Shown here one piece after another: positions 9,766 to 19,755 of a stretch of DNA of 64,000 nt. Below the pieces are notes generated by a model. It did not search any database, was not told the origin of the DNA, and saw nothing but the letters and a program-made list of their open reading frames with translations. Position 1 is the first letter of the stretch. Every line of letters starts with the position of its first letter. Source of the stretch: Myxococcota bacterium (GTDB lineage: Bacteria; Myxococcota_A; UBA796; SXON01); the NCBI GenBank assembly GCA_040386535.1, contig JAZKFH010000003.1, positions 64,001 through 128,000 of the forward strand, in the 5' to 3' direction. A program made the translations under genes and the position numbers.

Positions 9766-9784
9766 GAAAATGAAAGTCGTTTTC
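9766..9784 (+). promoter_or_regulatory. Fur box
   Basis: GAAAATGAAAGTCGTTTTC matches the GATAATGATAATCATTATC consensus at 14/19 positions. It sits in an AT-rich patch upstream of the MxcI-like gene. Confidence 0.75.
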
Positions 9785-9842
9785 ACTAAGACGCGGGTCG
9801 CGGTGCAGCTCGCGCCGCGACCCCGCCTTCTCGGAGCCTCCG

Positions 9843-11036
9843 ATGTCCGCCCTCCTCCCCCTCCTCGCCCTCGTCGCCTGCACCCCCAAGGACGCCGCCG
9901 AGGCGCCCACGGGCTCCGCCGACGGCTACGTCCTCGGCTCCGTGGTCATCACGCCCGACGGGCGCACCACCTACTTCCAGGTGCTGCCGGACCTCGATCC
10001 GGACGGGCCGGTCACCAACACCAACGCGGTCGAGGCCGCCGGCAACGGGGTGCTCCTCACCCACGGCCACGACATTTTCCTCGGGCTCGCGGAGTCTCCA
10101 GAGTGGGTTCGTTACACCGTCGGCGAGGACGGCACGCTTGCCGAGAGCGGCCGGATGTCGTTGGCCGGCAAGGGCTTCAGCTACGTCGACTACGGCAACG
10201 CCATCCTCGCCGACGACCTCGCCGTGTCGATCAGCACCGAGGCCGCGGTGGCCGTGACGTGGAACCCGAGCACGATGGAGATCCTCGACACCATCGAGCT
10301 GCCGCACCTCGTGCGCGAGGGGTACGGCGTCGAGGTGTGGACCACGATCGCGGAGGACGGCCTCGTCTACATCCCCGCGCGCTGGGCCGACTGGGAGGGT
10401 GGCCGCATCTACCCGCTCGTCTCCACCACCATCCTGGATCCGCGCACGGGCACGATCGTGGGGATCGCCGAGGACGACCGCTGCGCGAGCGGCGGCCGGA
10501 TCGTGTTCGACGAGGACGGCTACGGCTACGTCATGGGCGACGGCCGCAACTACGCGGCGCAGATGTTCGCCAACGCCGGCGGCGAGACGGCGGCGCCCAA
10601 CTGCATCTTGCGGATCGCCCCCGGCGAGACCGACTACGAGGCCGACTACCACGTCGAGATCCCGGCGCTGACCGGCGGCTACGAGTCCGCCACCGAGCTC
10701 GAATTCGCCAGCCAGGGCTCGGGCGTCGCCTTCACCTGGTTGTTCTACCCGGAGGAGCTGCCCGCGGGCGTCGAGCCGATCGACTTCGGCTTCTGGTCGT
10801 ATCCGGTCTTCAAGTTGTGGAAGATCACCCTCGGGGACGTTCCCGAGGCCGAGGAGGTCGACGGGGTTCCCTTCAGCGTGCTCGGCTTCGACGGCGCCTC
10901 GCTCGACGATCACCTGTACGTGGGCCTCGGCGACAACGAGGTCTCGGTGATCTACGAGGTGGACCCGGACGCGGGCACCGCCACGGAGCGGTTCACGATG
11001 GACGGCTACTTCTACGGCCTGTTCGCGCTGGAGTGA
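9843..11036 (+). CDS. MxcI-like / DUF4374-like lipoprotein, probably iron acquisition
   Basis: LLALVAC lipobox; PDGRTTY, WNPSTMEI, DDRC, GYVMGDG, CILRI..GE...DY motifs recalled from MxcI-like myxobacterial proteins; Fur box upstream. Confidence 0.65.
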   Translation: MSALLPLLALVACTPKDAAEAPTGSADGYVLGSVVITPDGRTTYFQVLPDLDPDGPVTNTNAVEAAGNGVLLTHGHDIFLGLAESPEWVRYTVGEDGTLAESGRMSLAGKGFSYVDYGNAILADDLAVSISTEAAVAVTWNPSTMEILDTIELPHLVREGYGVEVWTTIAEDGLVYIPARWADWEGGRIYPLVSTTILDPRTGTIVGIAEDDRCASGGRIVFDEDGYGYVMGDGRNYAAQMFANAGGETAAPNCILRIAPGETDYEADYHVEIPALTGGYESATELEFASQGSGVAFTWLFYPEELPAGVEPIDFGFWSYPVFKLWKITLGDVPEAEEVDGVPFSVLGFDGASLDDHLYVGLGDNEVSVIYEVDPDAGTATERFTMDGYFYGLFALE

Positions 11037-11060
11037 GCCACGCGAACTGCCCGTCGCCCA

Positions 11061-11093
11061 TCTTGAAAATGATATTGACGTTCATTATCAAGA
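11061..11093 (+). promoter_or_regulatory. Extended Fur box (overlapping boxes, inverted repeat)
   Basis: TCTTGAAAATGA-N9-TCATTATCAAGA. The internal GATATTGACGTTCATTATC (11071-11089) matches the Fur consensus at 15/19. Confidence 0.8.
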
Positions 11094-11155
11094 CTGATTA
11101 GGTGGCGGGCGAGTTCGAGGTTCCCGATCCCCGGGGCGTCGTCGAGGGCTCCCCC

Positions 11156-12385
11156 ATGACATCCGTGCGACGTATCCTCGGCCTGCTCCACCGTTGGTTC
11201 GGCCTGTTCACCGCCGTGTTCCTGTTCATCTCGGGGCTCACCGGCGCGTTCATCTCGTTCGACCACGAGCTGGACGCGCTGATCAACCCGTCGTTCTCGA
11301 CCGCGCGCAGCGGCCCCGCGGCGCTGCCGATGCCGTCGGTCGTGCTCGCGGACCGCATCGAGAGCGCCGACCCCCGCGTCCGTGTCACCTACCTGCCGCT
11401 CTCCACCGAGCCGGGCCACGCGCTCCAGGTGTTCGTCGGGTCGCGGATCGACACCACCACCGGCCAGCCCTACACCCTCCCCTTCAACCAACTCGCGTTG
11501 GATCCGGCGTCCGGGGAGATCCAGGACTCCCGGGAGTGGGGCGCGGTCTCCCTCTCTCCCAAGAACGTGCTGTCGTTCCTGTACAAGCTGCACTACACGA
11601 TGCACATCCCGGACGCGTTCGGGCTCCCGCTCGGCGGGGTGTTCATGGGCATCGTGGCCATCGTGTGGACGCTCGATTGTTTCGTGTCACTCGTGATCTC
11701 GTTCCCGAGCCGCAAACTCTGGCGCCGCTCCTTCGCATTTTCGTGGCGTGAAGGCGGGCGGCGCCTCCTGTTCGACATCCATCGCTCCGGGGGCGTGTGG
11801 GTGTGGTCGTTGTTGCTCGTGCTCGCGGTCACCGCGATCTCGATGAACCTCGGCCACGAGGTGATGCGTCCCATCGTCTCGATGTTCTCCACGTTGACCC
11901 CCGATCCGTTCGATACGCGCAAGCCCAACCCGCCGGAGGATCCAATCGAGCCGCGGCTGGAAAGGGGCGAGGCCATCCGCATCGCCAGCGCCGAGGCCAC
12001 CGCGCGCGGGTGGGAGGCCCCCCCGGGCGGGATCTTCTACTCGCCCGACTACGGGCTTTACGGCGTCGGCTTCTTCACCGCGGAGAACGACCACGGCGAC
12101 GGCAGCCTCGGCAACCCCTGGATCTACGTCGACGGGCGGGACGGCACCCTCGCGGGCTCCGACGTGCCCGGCGAAGGCAGCGCGGGCGACCTGTTCCTCC
12201 AGGCCCAGTTCCCCGTCCACTCCGGGCGCCTCTTCGGCCTCCCCGGGCGGATCCTCGTCTCGGCGATGGGCCTCGCGGTGGCCGCGCTCTCGGCGACAGG
12301 CGTGTACTTCTGGGCGCGCCGGCGATTCGTGCGGGCGCGCACCGTCGCGGCGCCCGAGGCGCTCGTGCTCGAGGCCCAACGGTGA
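11156..12385 (+). CDS. PepSY-associated TM-helix iron-regulated membrane protein
   Basis: LHRWFGL...SGLTGA, FLYKLHYTMH, FDIHRSGG, QFPVHSG motifs (conserved His residues of the PepSY_TM family). ATG at 11156. Confidence 0.9.
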   Translation: MTSVRRILGLLHRWFGLFTAVFLFISGLTGAFISFDHELDALINPSFSTARSGPAALPMPSVVLADRIESADPRVRVTYLPLSTEPGHALQVFVGSRIDTTTGQPYTLPFNQLALDPASGEIQDSREWGAVSLSPKNVLSFLYKLHYTMHIPDAFGLPLGGVFMGIVAIVWTLDCFVSLVISFPSRKLWRRSFAFSWREGGRRLLFDIHRSGGVWVWSLLLVLAVTAISMNLGHEVMRPIVSMFSTLTPDPFDTRKPNPPEDPIEPRLERGEAIRIASAEATARGWEAPPGGIFYSPDYGLYGVGFFTAENDHGDGSLGNPWIYVDGRDGTLAGSDVPGEGSAGDLFLQAQFPVHSGRLFGLPGRILVSAMGLAVAALSATGVYFWARRRFVRARTVAAPEALVLEAQR

Positions 12386-12415
12386 CGGGCCGGGCGCCAC
12401 GCGCTATCTGCGCGC

Positions 12416-15400
12416 ATGCGCCCCTTGGCACCCGGCGAGGTGATTGACGGCTTCCGGATCGTCCGCCCGCTGGGACACGGTGGGATGGGCGCGGTGTACC
12501 TCGCGCACGACGAGGCGCTCGACCGCCCGACCGCGCTCAAGGTCATCAAGGCGGACCACCCCACGGCCGATCTGCGCCAACGCTTCCAGACGGAGGCACG
12601 CGCACTCGCACGGTTGAACCACCCGAACGTGGTCAGCGTGTACCGGTTCGGCGATGTCGAGGGCGTGCCCTACCTCGCCTACGAGTTCATCGAGGGTGAG
12701 CCGCTCGACCAGGTGCCGTGGCCCCTCCCGTGGAAGCGGGTGCTCGCCATCGGCATCGGCCTGGCGCGCGGAGTGGCGGCGGCGCACGCGCAGGAGGTGC
12801 TCCACCGCGACATCAAGCCGCCCAACATCATCGTGATGCCCGATGGTACGGTCAAGCTCCTCGACTTCGGGCTTGCCGTGCTCGCAGACGACCTGGGGGA
12901 CGCCGGGGCGACCTCACGCCAGACCTCCGCGGGGCTCGTCCCGGGCACACCCGCGTACGTCGCGCCGGAGCGTTGGTTCGGCGCGCCGGCCTCGACCGCG
13001 GCGGACGTGTGGGCCCTCGGGATGGTGCTCCGCACGCTGCTCACCGGCCGCCACGCGCTCCACGGAGTGGCGCTGGTCGACATCCCGCGCACGGTGTCGC
13101 GCGCGGACTTCCCGCCGGTCGCCGGCGAGGTGCCCGGCCTGCCCGCGATGTTCGGCGACCTGGTCGACCGCTGCGCCGCCCTCCACGAGTGGCGCCGGCC
13201 GCCCAACGGCGGGGCCGTGCTCGACGCGCTGTTGTCCCTGCAGACCCTCCTGGCCGCCTTCGAGTCGCCTTCCTCCGCGGGCGGATCCGACACGATCGGC
13301 GTCGTCGAGGCCTCGTTCACCCGGGTCCAGCCGCGCGCACGGGCGCTCGGCGCGCGCTTCTACGAGCGGCTCTTCGCCGCCGCTCCGGAGCTGCGCGCGC
13401 TGTTCCCGGCGGAGATGGAAGCCCAGCGCGAGAAGCTGGTGGGCGCGCTCCACACCCTCGTCGAACACCTGCGCGATCCCGACACCCTGCTCCCATTCCT
13501 GCGCGGGCTCGGGCGTCGCCACCAGGCGTACGGAGTGGTGGCCGCGCACTTCGATCCGGTGGGCGACGCCCTCCTCGGCGCGCTGGGGGAGCTCGATCCC
13601 GACTGGAGCCCGGGGGTCGAGGCGGGGTGGAGCGCGGCGTGGGGGCAGGTCGTGCGCGGGATGTTGTCCGGAATGCACACGGCGAGCGCCGCCAGCGAGA
13701 CGCTGGAGAGCCTCCCGGACGCGGTCGGGCTCGCGGGTGGGCGCCAGCCTTCGCAGGGCGCGGAGCGGCCCCCGGCGGCCCCGCACGGCGCCCAAGCCAT
13801 TGCGTCCGTCTCCCCCAGCGCCCCCAGCGCCCCGAGCGCCAGCCCGAGCCCCAACACCCCGAGCCCGAGCGCCGCCCCGAGCGCCACCAGCCTCCCCGAC
13901 CTCTCCTTGCTCCCCGCCCCGATCACCCGCTTCTTCGGGCGCGTGCAGGAGGTCGCGGACATCGGCGCGCTCGTGGCCGGCGGCGCCCGGCTGGTGACGG
14001 TGCTCGGGCTCGGCGGCCTGGGAAAGACGCGGCTCGTGTTGGAGGCGGCGCGCCACATCCTGGAGCCTCCGCACGCGGGAGGTTTCACGCGCGTCGGTTG
14101 GGTGCCGCTGGCCGACGCGCGCGGTCGGGACGCCGCGGTGCAGATCCTGCTGCGCGCCCTCGGCGTGAAGGAGGTGCTGGGCGACCCGATGGACGCGCTC
14201 GTCGCCGCCATGGCGCGCGGCCGCACGCTCCTCGTGCTCGACAACCTCGAGCACCTCGTCGACCCCCTCGCCGACGTGATCGCGACGCTGCTGGAGCGCG
14301 CCCCTGGGCTCACGTGCCTCGTCACGTCGCAACGCGCCCTCGAACTGTTCGGGGAGGCCGTGTACCGCCTCGCGCCGCTCCCCCTCCCCGATCCCGACGA
14401 CGCCGAGCTCGCCCACACCCCCGCCCTCCTCCTGTTCGCCGACCGCGCGCGGCTCCACCGCCCCGGGTTCGAGCTCGACGCCACGACCGTCCGCCTCGTC
14501 GCCGCCCTCGCGCGCCGCCTCGACGGCCTGCCCCTCGCAATCGAGCTCGCCGCCGCCCGCGCCGGCCAGACCGACCTCGCCGCGCTCGTGGCGCGCCTCG
14601 ACTCCGACCTCGGCGCCCTCGCCGACCGCAGCCGCAATCGCCCCGACCGCCAGCGCTCGCTCGTAGCGGCGCTCCGGTGGACCAGCGGGCTGCTGCTCCC
14701 CGAGCGCCTGACCCTGTTCGCCCGCCTCTCCGTGTTCCCCGGGGAGCTCGACAGCGCCGACGTGCGCGCTGTCCTCGGCGCCGATCTGCACGGCCCTGAC
14801 GACATCGACGACGCCCTCACCGACCTCGCCCAGAGCTCCCTGCTCGTGCCCCTCCCCGACGCGCCCGGCCGGTACCGCGCCCTCTCCACGGTGCGCGCCT
14901 ACGCCGCCACCCTGCTCGACGAGGCCGAGTCCGCCGTGCTCCGTGAGCGCTTCCGGGCCCACTTCGTCGGCCTCGCGGTCGCGTGGAGCCGCTCCCTCGG
15001 CACCCCGGACGCCGCCGCGCGCTCCGCCCGGCTCGACCGCGCCTGGCCGAACCTCATGGCGGCTCTTGAGAGCGCCCCCGCGGAGGTCGTCGCCACCGTC
15101 CTCGGGGACACCCCCGTCCACGTGCTCTGGACCGGCCGGTTCGCGGAGATGTTGCCGCGCTTCGACCCCTTCGCCCCCACCGAGGCCCTCGCCGCGCTGC
15201 CTCCCGCCGTACGCGCCAACCTGGTCCGCGCCGGCCACCGCCTCTCGGTCGTCGGCGGAGACGCGAAGCGGGCGGCTACGTGGCGCGCCCACGTCGCCTG
15301 GTGCCTGGAGGAGGAGCAGCTCCCCGACCTGCAGCGCCGCGGCCTGGAGTCCGAGCTCTCGATCACCGCGATCGATCGCGGCTGCTTCGCCGAGGCCGAG

Positions 15401-16171
15401 GCCATCGTCGAGCGTCATCGCCGCCACTCCGAGGTCAACGGCCTCCGCCGCGCCCTGGCCATGAACCTGGACTCCCTGGCGAGGATCGCCTACTTCCGGG
15501 GAGACTCCGCGCGGGCGGCCGAGCACGCCGCGGGCGCCTGGGAGATCGCGAGCGAGCTCGGCGATCCGCAGCTGAGCGACGTGGTCCTGGTGATGCGCGC
15601 CACCGTCGAGACCGCCGCGGGCCGCCTCACCGACGCAGGCGCCACCCTCCATGAGGTGCGGGACCTCCGCCGGCTGGCCGGCCGCCCGGTCGAGGACGGC
15701 GCAACCCTGGTCCTCGGCGTCGGCATCGCCCTGGAGGAGGGGCGGCTCGATGACGCCTGGGCCGCCGCCATCGCGGGCGAGCGCGCCAACCGGAACCACG
15801 GCCGGCTGCGGATCTACTGCTTCGATCTGCTCGCGCAGGTCGCCTTCGCGCGCGGCGACCATCCCCGCGCCATCGCCGAGGCCGAGCGCACCCAGGCCGG
15901 CTTCGCGGCCATCCTGCGCCCCGTCGAGCTGCCCCGCACCGCGATCCTCCGCGCCCGCTCCCTCCACCGCCTCGGCGATCCCGGCGCGCGCGCCGCCCTC
16001 GAGGCCGCCACCCGCAGCCTGCTCGCCATCGAGGGCCACCGCGGCGCCGACAAGCTGTTCGACGCGTGGCGTGAGGCCGAGCCCGCTCGGGAGTGGCCCG
16101 CCGCGGGGACGTTGGCGGATGGGGCGTGGCGGGGGTTGTTCGATGGGGAGGGGCGGCTCCTCCAGGCCTGA
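12416..16171 (+). CDS. Ser/Thr protein kinase - globin - STAND (NB-ARC/AfsR-like) ATPase - TPR-like fusion
   Basis: Kinase: LGHGGMGAVY, ALKVI, HRDIKPPN, DFG, GTPAYVAPE. Globin: FYERLF..APELRALF..QREKL..LGRRHQAYGV. P/S linker. Walker A GLGGLGKT, Walker B LLVLDNLE, LDGLPLAIELAAAR. Helical C-terminus. Confidence 0.9.
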   Translation: MRPLAPGEVIDGFRIVRPLGHGGMGAVYLAHDEALDRPTALKVIKADHPTADLRQRFQTEARALARLNHPNVVSVYRFGDVEGVPYLAYEFIEGEPLDQVPWPLPWKRVLAIGIGLARGVAAAHAQEVLHRDIKPPNIIVMPDGTVKLLDFGLAVLADDLGDAGATSRQTSAGLVPGTPAYVAPERWFGAPASTAADVWALGMVLRTLLTGRHALHGVALVDIPRTVSRADFPPVAGEVPGLPAMFGDLVDRCAALHEWRRPPNGGAVLDALLSLQTLLAAFESPSSAGGSDTIGVVEASFTRVQPRARALGARFYERLFAAAPELRALFPAEMEAQREKLVGALHTLVEHLRDPDTLLPFLRGLGRRHQAYGVVAAHFDPVGDALLGALGELDPDWSPGVEAGWSAAWGQVVRGMLSGMHTASAASETLESLPDAVGLAGGRQPSQGAERPPAAPHGAQAIASVSPSAPSAPSASPSPNTPSPSAAPSATSLPDLSLLPAPITRFFGRVQEVADIGALVAGGARLVTVLGLGGLGKTRLVLEAARHILEPPHAGGFTRVGWVPLADARGRDAAVQILLRALGVKEVLGDPMDALVAAMARGRTLLVLDNLEHLVDPLADVIATLLERAPGLTCLVTSQRALELFGEAVYRLAPLPLPDPDDAELAHTPALLLFADRARLHRPGFELDATTVRLVAALARRLDGLPLAIELAAARAGQTDLAALVARLDSDLGALADRSRNRPDRQRSLVAALRWTSGLLLPERLTLFARLSVFPGELDSADVRAVLGADLHGPDDIDDALTDLAQSSLLVPLPDAPGRYRALSTVRAYAATLLDEAESAVLRERFRAHFVGLAVAWSRSLGTPDAAARSARLDRAWPNLMAALESAPAEVVATVLGDTPVHVLWTGRFAEMLPRFDPFAPTEALAALPPAVRANLVRAGHRLSVVGGDAKRAATWRAHVAWCLEEEQLPDLQRRGLESELSITAIDRGCFAEAEAIVERHRRHSEVNGLRRALAMNLDSLARIAYFRGDSARAAEHAAGAWEIASELGDPQLSDVVLVMRATVETAAGRLTDAGATLHEVRDLRRLAGRPVEDGATLVLGVGIALEEGRLDDAWAAAIAGERANRNHGRLRIYCFDLLAQVAFARGDHPRAIAEAERTQAGFAAILRPVELPRTAILRARSLHRLGDPGARAALEAATRSLLAIEGHRGADKLFDAWREAEPAREWPAAGTLADGAWRGLFDGEGRLLQA

Positions 16172-16185
16172 ACGCGCCGCGGCGC

Positions 16186-17070
16186 CTACGCGTGCACCAA
16201 CCCGAGACGCGCCCGACACTCCTCCACCGTCGCGATCGCCCGCCCCTGGTCCCGCACCATGCGCACGGCCTTGGCGACGAGATCGCCGTTGGAACGCGCC
16301 ATCTCGCCGGGGGTGAGGTAGAAGTTGTCCTCCAACCCCACCCGCACGTTGCCGCCCATCGACGCGCCCGCCGCCAGCAGCCGCCACTGATCGAGGGAGA
16401 GCGCGATGACCTCCCAATCGCTGTTGGGCGGGAGCGACTCCACCTGACGCATCAGCTGGGCCACGGTGCCGGGTACGCCGCCGATGACACCCATGATCAG
16501 CGAGACTTGGAAGGGCGCACCCAACAGTCCCATGTCGATGAGCGGGTACAGGCTCCCAACATGCCCCGCGTCGAAACACTCACACTCGGGCTTGATGCCC
16601 GCGGCGTTCATGCCTTCGAGCAGCGCGCGGATCTCCGAGAACGGATTGGGGAACACGAAGTCGAACACGAAGCTCTTCTTCTTCGTGTTGTACTTCGCGT
16701 AGTTCATCGACCCCATGTTCAGCGCGGCCACCGCGGGCTTGACCGCCTGGAGGTAGGCCAGCCGCTTCTCGATCGACACATCCAACGCGCCGGTCGAGAA
16801 GTTGATGATCACCGGGCACTCGGCCACGATCGCGTCGCGAATGGCCTGGTAGTCGGCAACCTCGAAGCTCGGCGCGCCGTCGGGCGATCGGGCGTGCAGG
16901 TGCACCGCGGCGGCGCCGGCCTCGTAGGCGCGCTTTGCCTCGGCCGCGTACTCCTCGGGTGTGTAGGGGATCGCGGCACATTGGGCGCGGTTCGCCACCA
17001 CGCCGGAGAGCGCGGCGGTGACCATGCACGGGCGCGAGGGGTCCTGATTTGGGCGGGAGTAGAGGTCCAT
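16186..17070 (-). CDS. 3-keto-5-aminohexanoate cleavage enzyme family (BKACE/DUF849)
   Basis: PYTPEE, AGAAAVHLHAR, NFSTG, LNMGSMN, KPECECFD, GGNVRVGLEDN. Confidence 0.92.
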   Translation of the reverse strand: MDLYSRPNQDPSRPCMVTAALSGVVANRAQCAAIPYTPEEYAAEAKRAYEAGAAAVHLHARSPDGAPSFEVADYQAIRDAIVAECPVIINFSTGALDVSIEKRLAYLQAVKPAVAALNMGSMNYAKYNTKKKSFVFDFVFPNPFSEIRALLEGMNAAGIKPECECFDAGHVGSLYPLIDMGLLGAPFQVSLIMGVIGGVPGTVAQLMRQVESLPPNSDWEVIALSLDQWRLLAAGASMGGNVRVGLEDNFYLTPGEMARSNGDLVAKAVRMVRDQGRAIATVEECRARLGLVHA

Positions 17071-17822
17071 CAGCGGTCCTTCCAGGTGGGGGTGCGCTTC
17101 TCGAGGAAGGACAGGAACCCCTCGGTCGCGTCCTCCGTGTCCATCACGTCGCCCAGGCGGTCGGCGAGGAGGGCGAGCGCGTCATCGAGGGGGAGATCCG
17201 CGGCGTCGCGCCATGCCCGGCGACCGATCCTTGCGGCGGAGGGGCTGCGGGCCACGATGGCGTCGGTGTAGACGGCCACGGCGGTGTCCAATTCGGCGCG
17301 GGGCACCGCGCGGTTGACCAGGCCGAGGGCCACAGCTTCCGCGGCGGCGAGCTTCCGGCCGGTCAAGGCGAGCTCCATCGCCTGCTTGCGTGGCAGGTCG
17401 CGCAGCAGGAACGCGCCGATCATCGCGGGCCACATCCCGACCGCGGTCTCGGGGAGGGCCAACGTCGCGTCGTCGACCATGACCGCGAGGTCACACGCGA
17501 GGAGCATCCCCACGCCGCCGGCGATGCAATGCCCGTTGAGGCGCGCGATCACGGGGCGCTCGAAGCTCGAGAGGCGCGAGAGGAGGCGTGCGTAGGCCTT
17601 TCCGGCGGCGCGGCGGCCCGCGGGGTCGGCCGCGACCCGGGCGAGGTCGGCCCCGGCGCAGAACACCTTGTCCCCTGCCCCGGTGAGCACGACCACGCGG
17701 GCATTCACGGCGGCGTCGAGCGCGGCGTGCAACGCGTCGATCGTCTCCAGATCGATGGCGTTGCGGACCAACGGACGGTCGATGGTGAGCGTGGTGACAG
17801 GGCCCGACGAGACTTGGATCAT
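17070..17822 (-). CDS. Enoyl-CoA hydratase/isomerase (methylglutaconyl-CoA hydratase-like)
   Basis: TIDRPLVRNA, FCAGADL, GHCIAGG..ACD, LPETAVG, EG...FLEKRTPTW. ATG at 17822 overlaps the upstream TGA. Confidence 0.9.
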   Translation of the reverse strand: MIQVSSGPVTTLTIDRPLVRNAIDLETIDALHAALDAAVNARVVVLTGAGDKVFCAGADLARVAADPAGRRAAGKAYARLLSRLSSFERPVIARLNGHCIAGGVGMLLACDLAVMVDDATLALPETAVGMWPAMIGAFLLRDLPRKQAMELALTGRKLAAAEAVALGLVNRAVPRAELDTAVAVYTDAIVARSPSAARIGRRAWRDAADLPLDDALALLADRLGDVMDTEDATEGFLSFLEKRTPTWKDR

Positions 17823-18289
17823 GACGCCACCACCACGATGAGCTCCTCGCCCGGGCGCACCTGCTGGCCGGGCACCACGTTGACAGCCGTGACCAGGCCG
17901 GCGCGCGGCGAACGAAGCGCGGTCTCCATCTTCATCGCGGCCACGGTCACCAGCTTCTGCCCTACCGTGACGGACTCCCCCACGGTCACCAACACCTTCA
18001 CGACGGTCGCCGGCATCAGGGGTGTCACCTTGTCGGGGATCACGGCCGCGGTCGCGACGGCGGCGGCGGGCCGGACACGGCGCACCCGGCCGTCGATCCA
18101 GACCTGGTCCCCCGCGACGAACGCGGTACGGACGGTGTCTCTGGATTGGACCGCCACGCTTCCATCCGATCGAATTGTCGTGGTTTGTTCTTGGGGCAGG
18201 GGGGCTCCGCCCCCCCGCAACGCCCCCCGGGACGTGGTGTCGACCGGGTTGGTGGTGTCGACCAGCTGTGCTCCGACGTACACCTTCAC
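17819..18289 (-). CDS. Biotin carboxyl carrier (biotin/lipoyl-binding) subunit
   Basis: PLMPATVVKVLV..G..V..GQ, biotinylation motif AMKME. GTG at 18289 overlaps the carboxylase TGA. Confidence 0.88.
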   Translation of the reverse strand: MKVYVGAQLVDTTNPVDTTSRGALRGGGAPLPQEQTTTIRSDGSVAVQSRDTVRTAFVAGDQVWIDGRVRRVRPAAAVATAAVIPDKVTPLMPATVVKVLVTVGESVTVGQKLVTVAAMKMETALRSPRAGLVTAVNVVPGQQVRPGEELIVVVAS

Positions 18290-19755
18290 CGCCACCTCCC
18301 AAGTGTGGCCCACGGCGAGGCCTCCGTGACACGGCCCGCGCCCACTCCCGCCGGTGCCGCCGGTGTGGCGTTCCGCGCGCCCTCCCACGCGGCGGCGTAG
18401 GCCGCGGCGTCCACGTCGGGCGGCACCCACGCGAAGCGGTCGAGAAAGTCGGTCGTCGTGTCCCCCGCGGCGAACATCTCGGACGACACTGCGTCCCGCA
18501 GCAGCTCGGCTGTGGTGTCGACGCCGAGCACGACCAGCTCGGAGAGCGCCCGCACCATCCGCGCGGTGGCCGCAGCGCGGTCGGGCCCGTGCACGATCAC
18601 CTTGGCGAGCAGCGGATCGTAGAAGAGCCCGACCTCGGAGCCCTCCTCCACGCCCGCGTCGACCCGCACGCCGGGCCCGCCCGGGGCCCGCCACCGCGTG
18701 ATGCGGCCGGGCGAGGGAAGGAAACCCCGCGCCGGATCCTCCGCGACGATGCGGCACTCGATCGCGTGCCCGCGCGCTGCGATGTCCGTGTACCCGAGCG
18801 CCTCCCCCATCGTGATGCGGAGCTGCTCGCGCACGATGTCCACGCCCGTCACCAGCTCGGTGATCGGGTGCTCCACCTGGATGCGCGTGTTCATCTCCAG
18901 GAAGTAGAACCGGCCGTCGGGGTCGAGGAGGAATTCCACCGTACCGACGCCCGTGTAGGCGACCGCGCGCGCGGCCTCGACGGCGGCGGCGCACATTCGA
19001 GCGCGGATGTTTCCGGAGGCGTCCGCATCGAGCGCGGGCGACGGCGCCTCCTCCACGAGCTTCTGGTGGCGCCGCTGGATCGAGCACTCCCGCTCGCCCA
19101 GGTGGGCGATGGCGCCGAACGTGTCGCCGAGCACCTGGACTTCGACATGGCGCGGCCGCTCGATGAGCTTCTCCGCGTACACCCGCGCGTCTCCGAACGC
19201 GGTGGCCGCCTCGGACCGCGCCTCCGTGAGCGCCTCCGCCAGCGCATCCGCCGAGTCCACCCGACGCATCCCCTTCCCTCCGCCGCCCCCCGCCGCCTTC
19301 ACGAGCACGGGGAAGCCGAGCCCGGCGATGGTCGCCGGGTCGTCCGACTCGACGCCCGGCACCACGGGGACGCCGGCCGCGCGCATCGCCTGGCGCGCCC
19401 CCACCTTGTCGCCCATCACGCGGATGACCTCGGGCGTGGGGCCCACCCACACCAGGCCCGCGTCGATCACGGCCTGCGCGAACGCCGCGTTCTCCGCGAG
19501 GAACCCGTACCCGGGGTGCACCGCATCGGCGCCGACGGACCGCGCCGCCTCGAGCAAGCGCTCCACCGAGAGGTAGCTCTCCGACGGGGGCGCCGGCCCG
19601 AGCCGCACCGCGGTGTCACACGCGCGGACGTGCGGCGCGTCGGCGTCCGCGTCGGAGTACACGGCCACCGTGGCGATCCCCATCTCGCGGGCGGTGCGGG
19701 CCACGCGGACCGCGATCTCGCCGCGGTTGGCGATGAGGAGGCGCTGGATCGGCAT
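18286..19755 (-). CDS. Biotin carboxylase subunit of an acyl-CoA carboxylase
   Basis: LLIANRGEIAVR, HPGYGFLAEN, GGGGKGMR, ERECSIQRRHQK, FLEMNTRIQVEH, YDPLLAK. ATG at 19755. Confidence 0.95.
   Translation of the reverse strand: MPIQRLLIANRGEIAVRVARTAREMGIATVAVYSDADADAPHVRACDTAVRLGPAPPSESYLSVERLLEAARSVGADAVHPGYGFLAENAAFAQAVIDAGLVWVGPTPEVIRVMGDKVGARQAMRAAGVPVVPGVESDDPATIAGLGFPVLVKAAGGGGGKGMRRVDSADALAEALTEARSEAATAFGDARVYAEKLIERPRHVEVQVLGDTFGAIAHLGERECSIQRRHQKLVEEAPSPALDADASGNIRARMCAAAVEAARAVAYTGVGTVEFLLDPDGRFYFLEMNTRIQVEHPITELVTGVDIVREQLRITMGEALGYTDIAARGHAIECRIVAEDPARGFLPSPGRITRWRAPGGPGVRVDAGVEEGSEVGLFYDPLLAKVIVHGPDRAAATARMVRALSELVVLGVDTTAELLRDAVSSEMFAAGDTTTDFLDRFAWVPPDVDAAAYAAAWEGARNATPAAPAGVGAGRVTEASPWATLGRWR

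Noticed and set aside
12416..16171. Avs/NLR-type anti-phage defence call for the STAND protein
   Set aside because: The ATPase resembles regulatory AfsR-like STANDs, it has no nuclease/TIR/SIR2 effector, and there is no defence-island context. Not excluded, but unsupported.
12914..16579. 1221-aa minus-strand ORF
   Set aside because: Antisense shadow of the kinase-globin-STAND gene.
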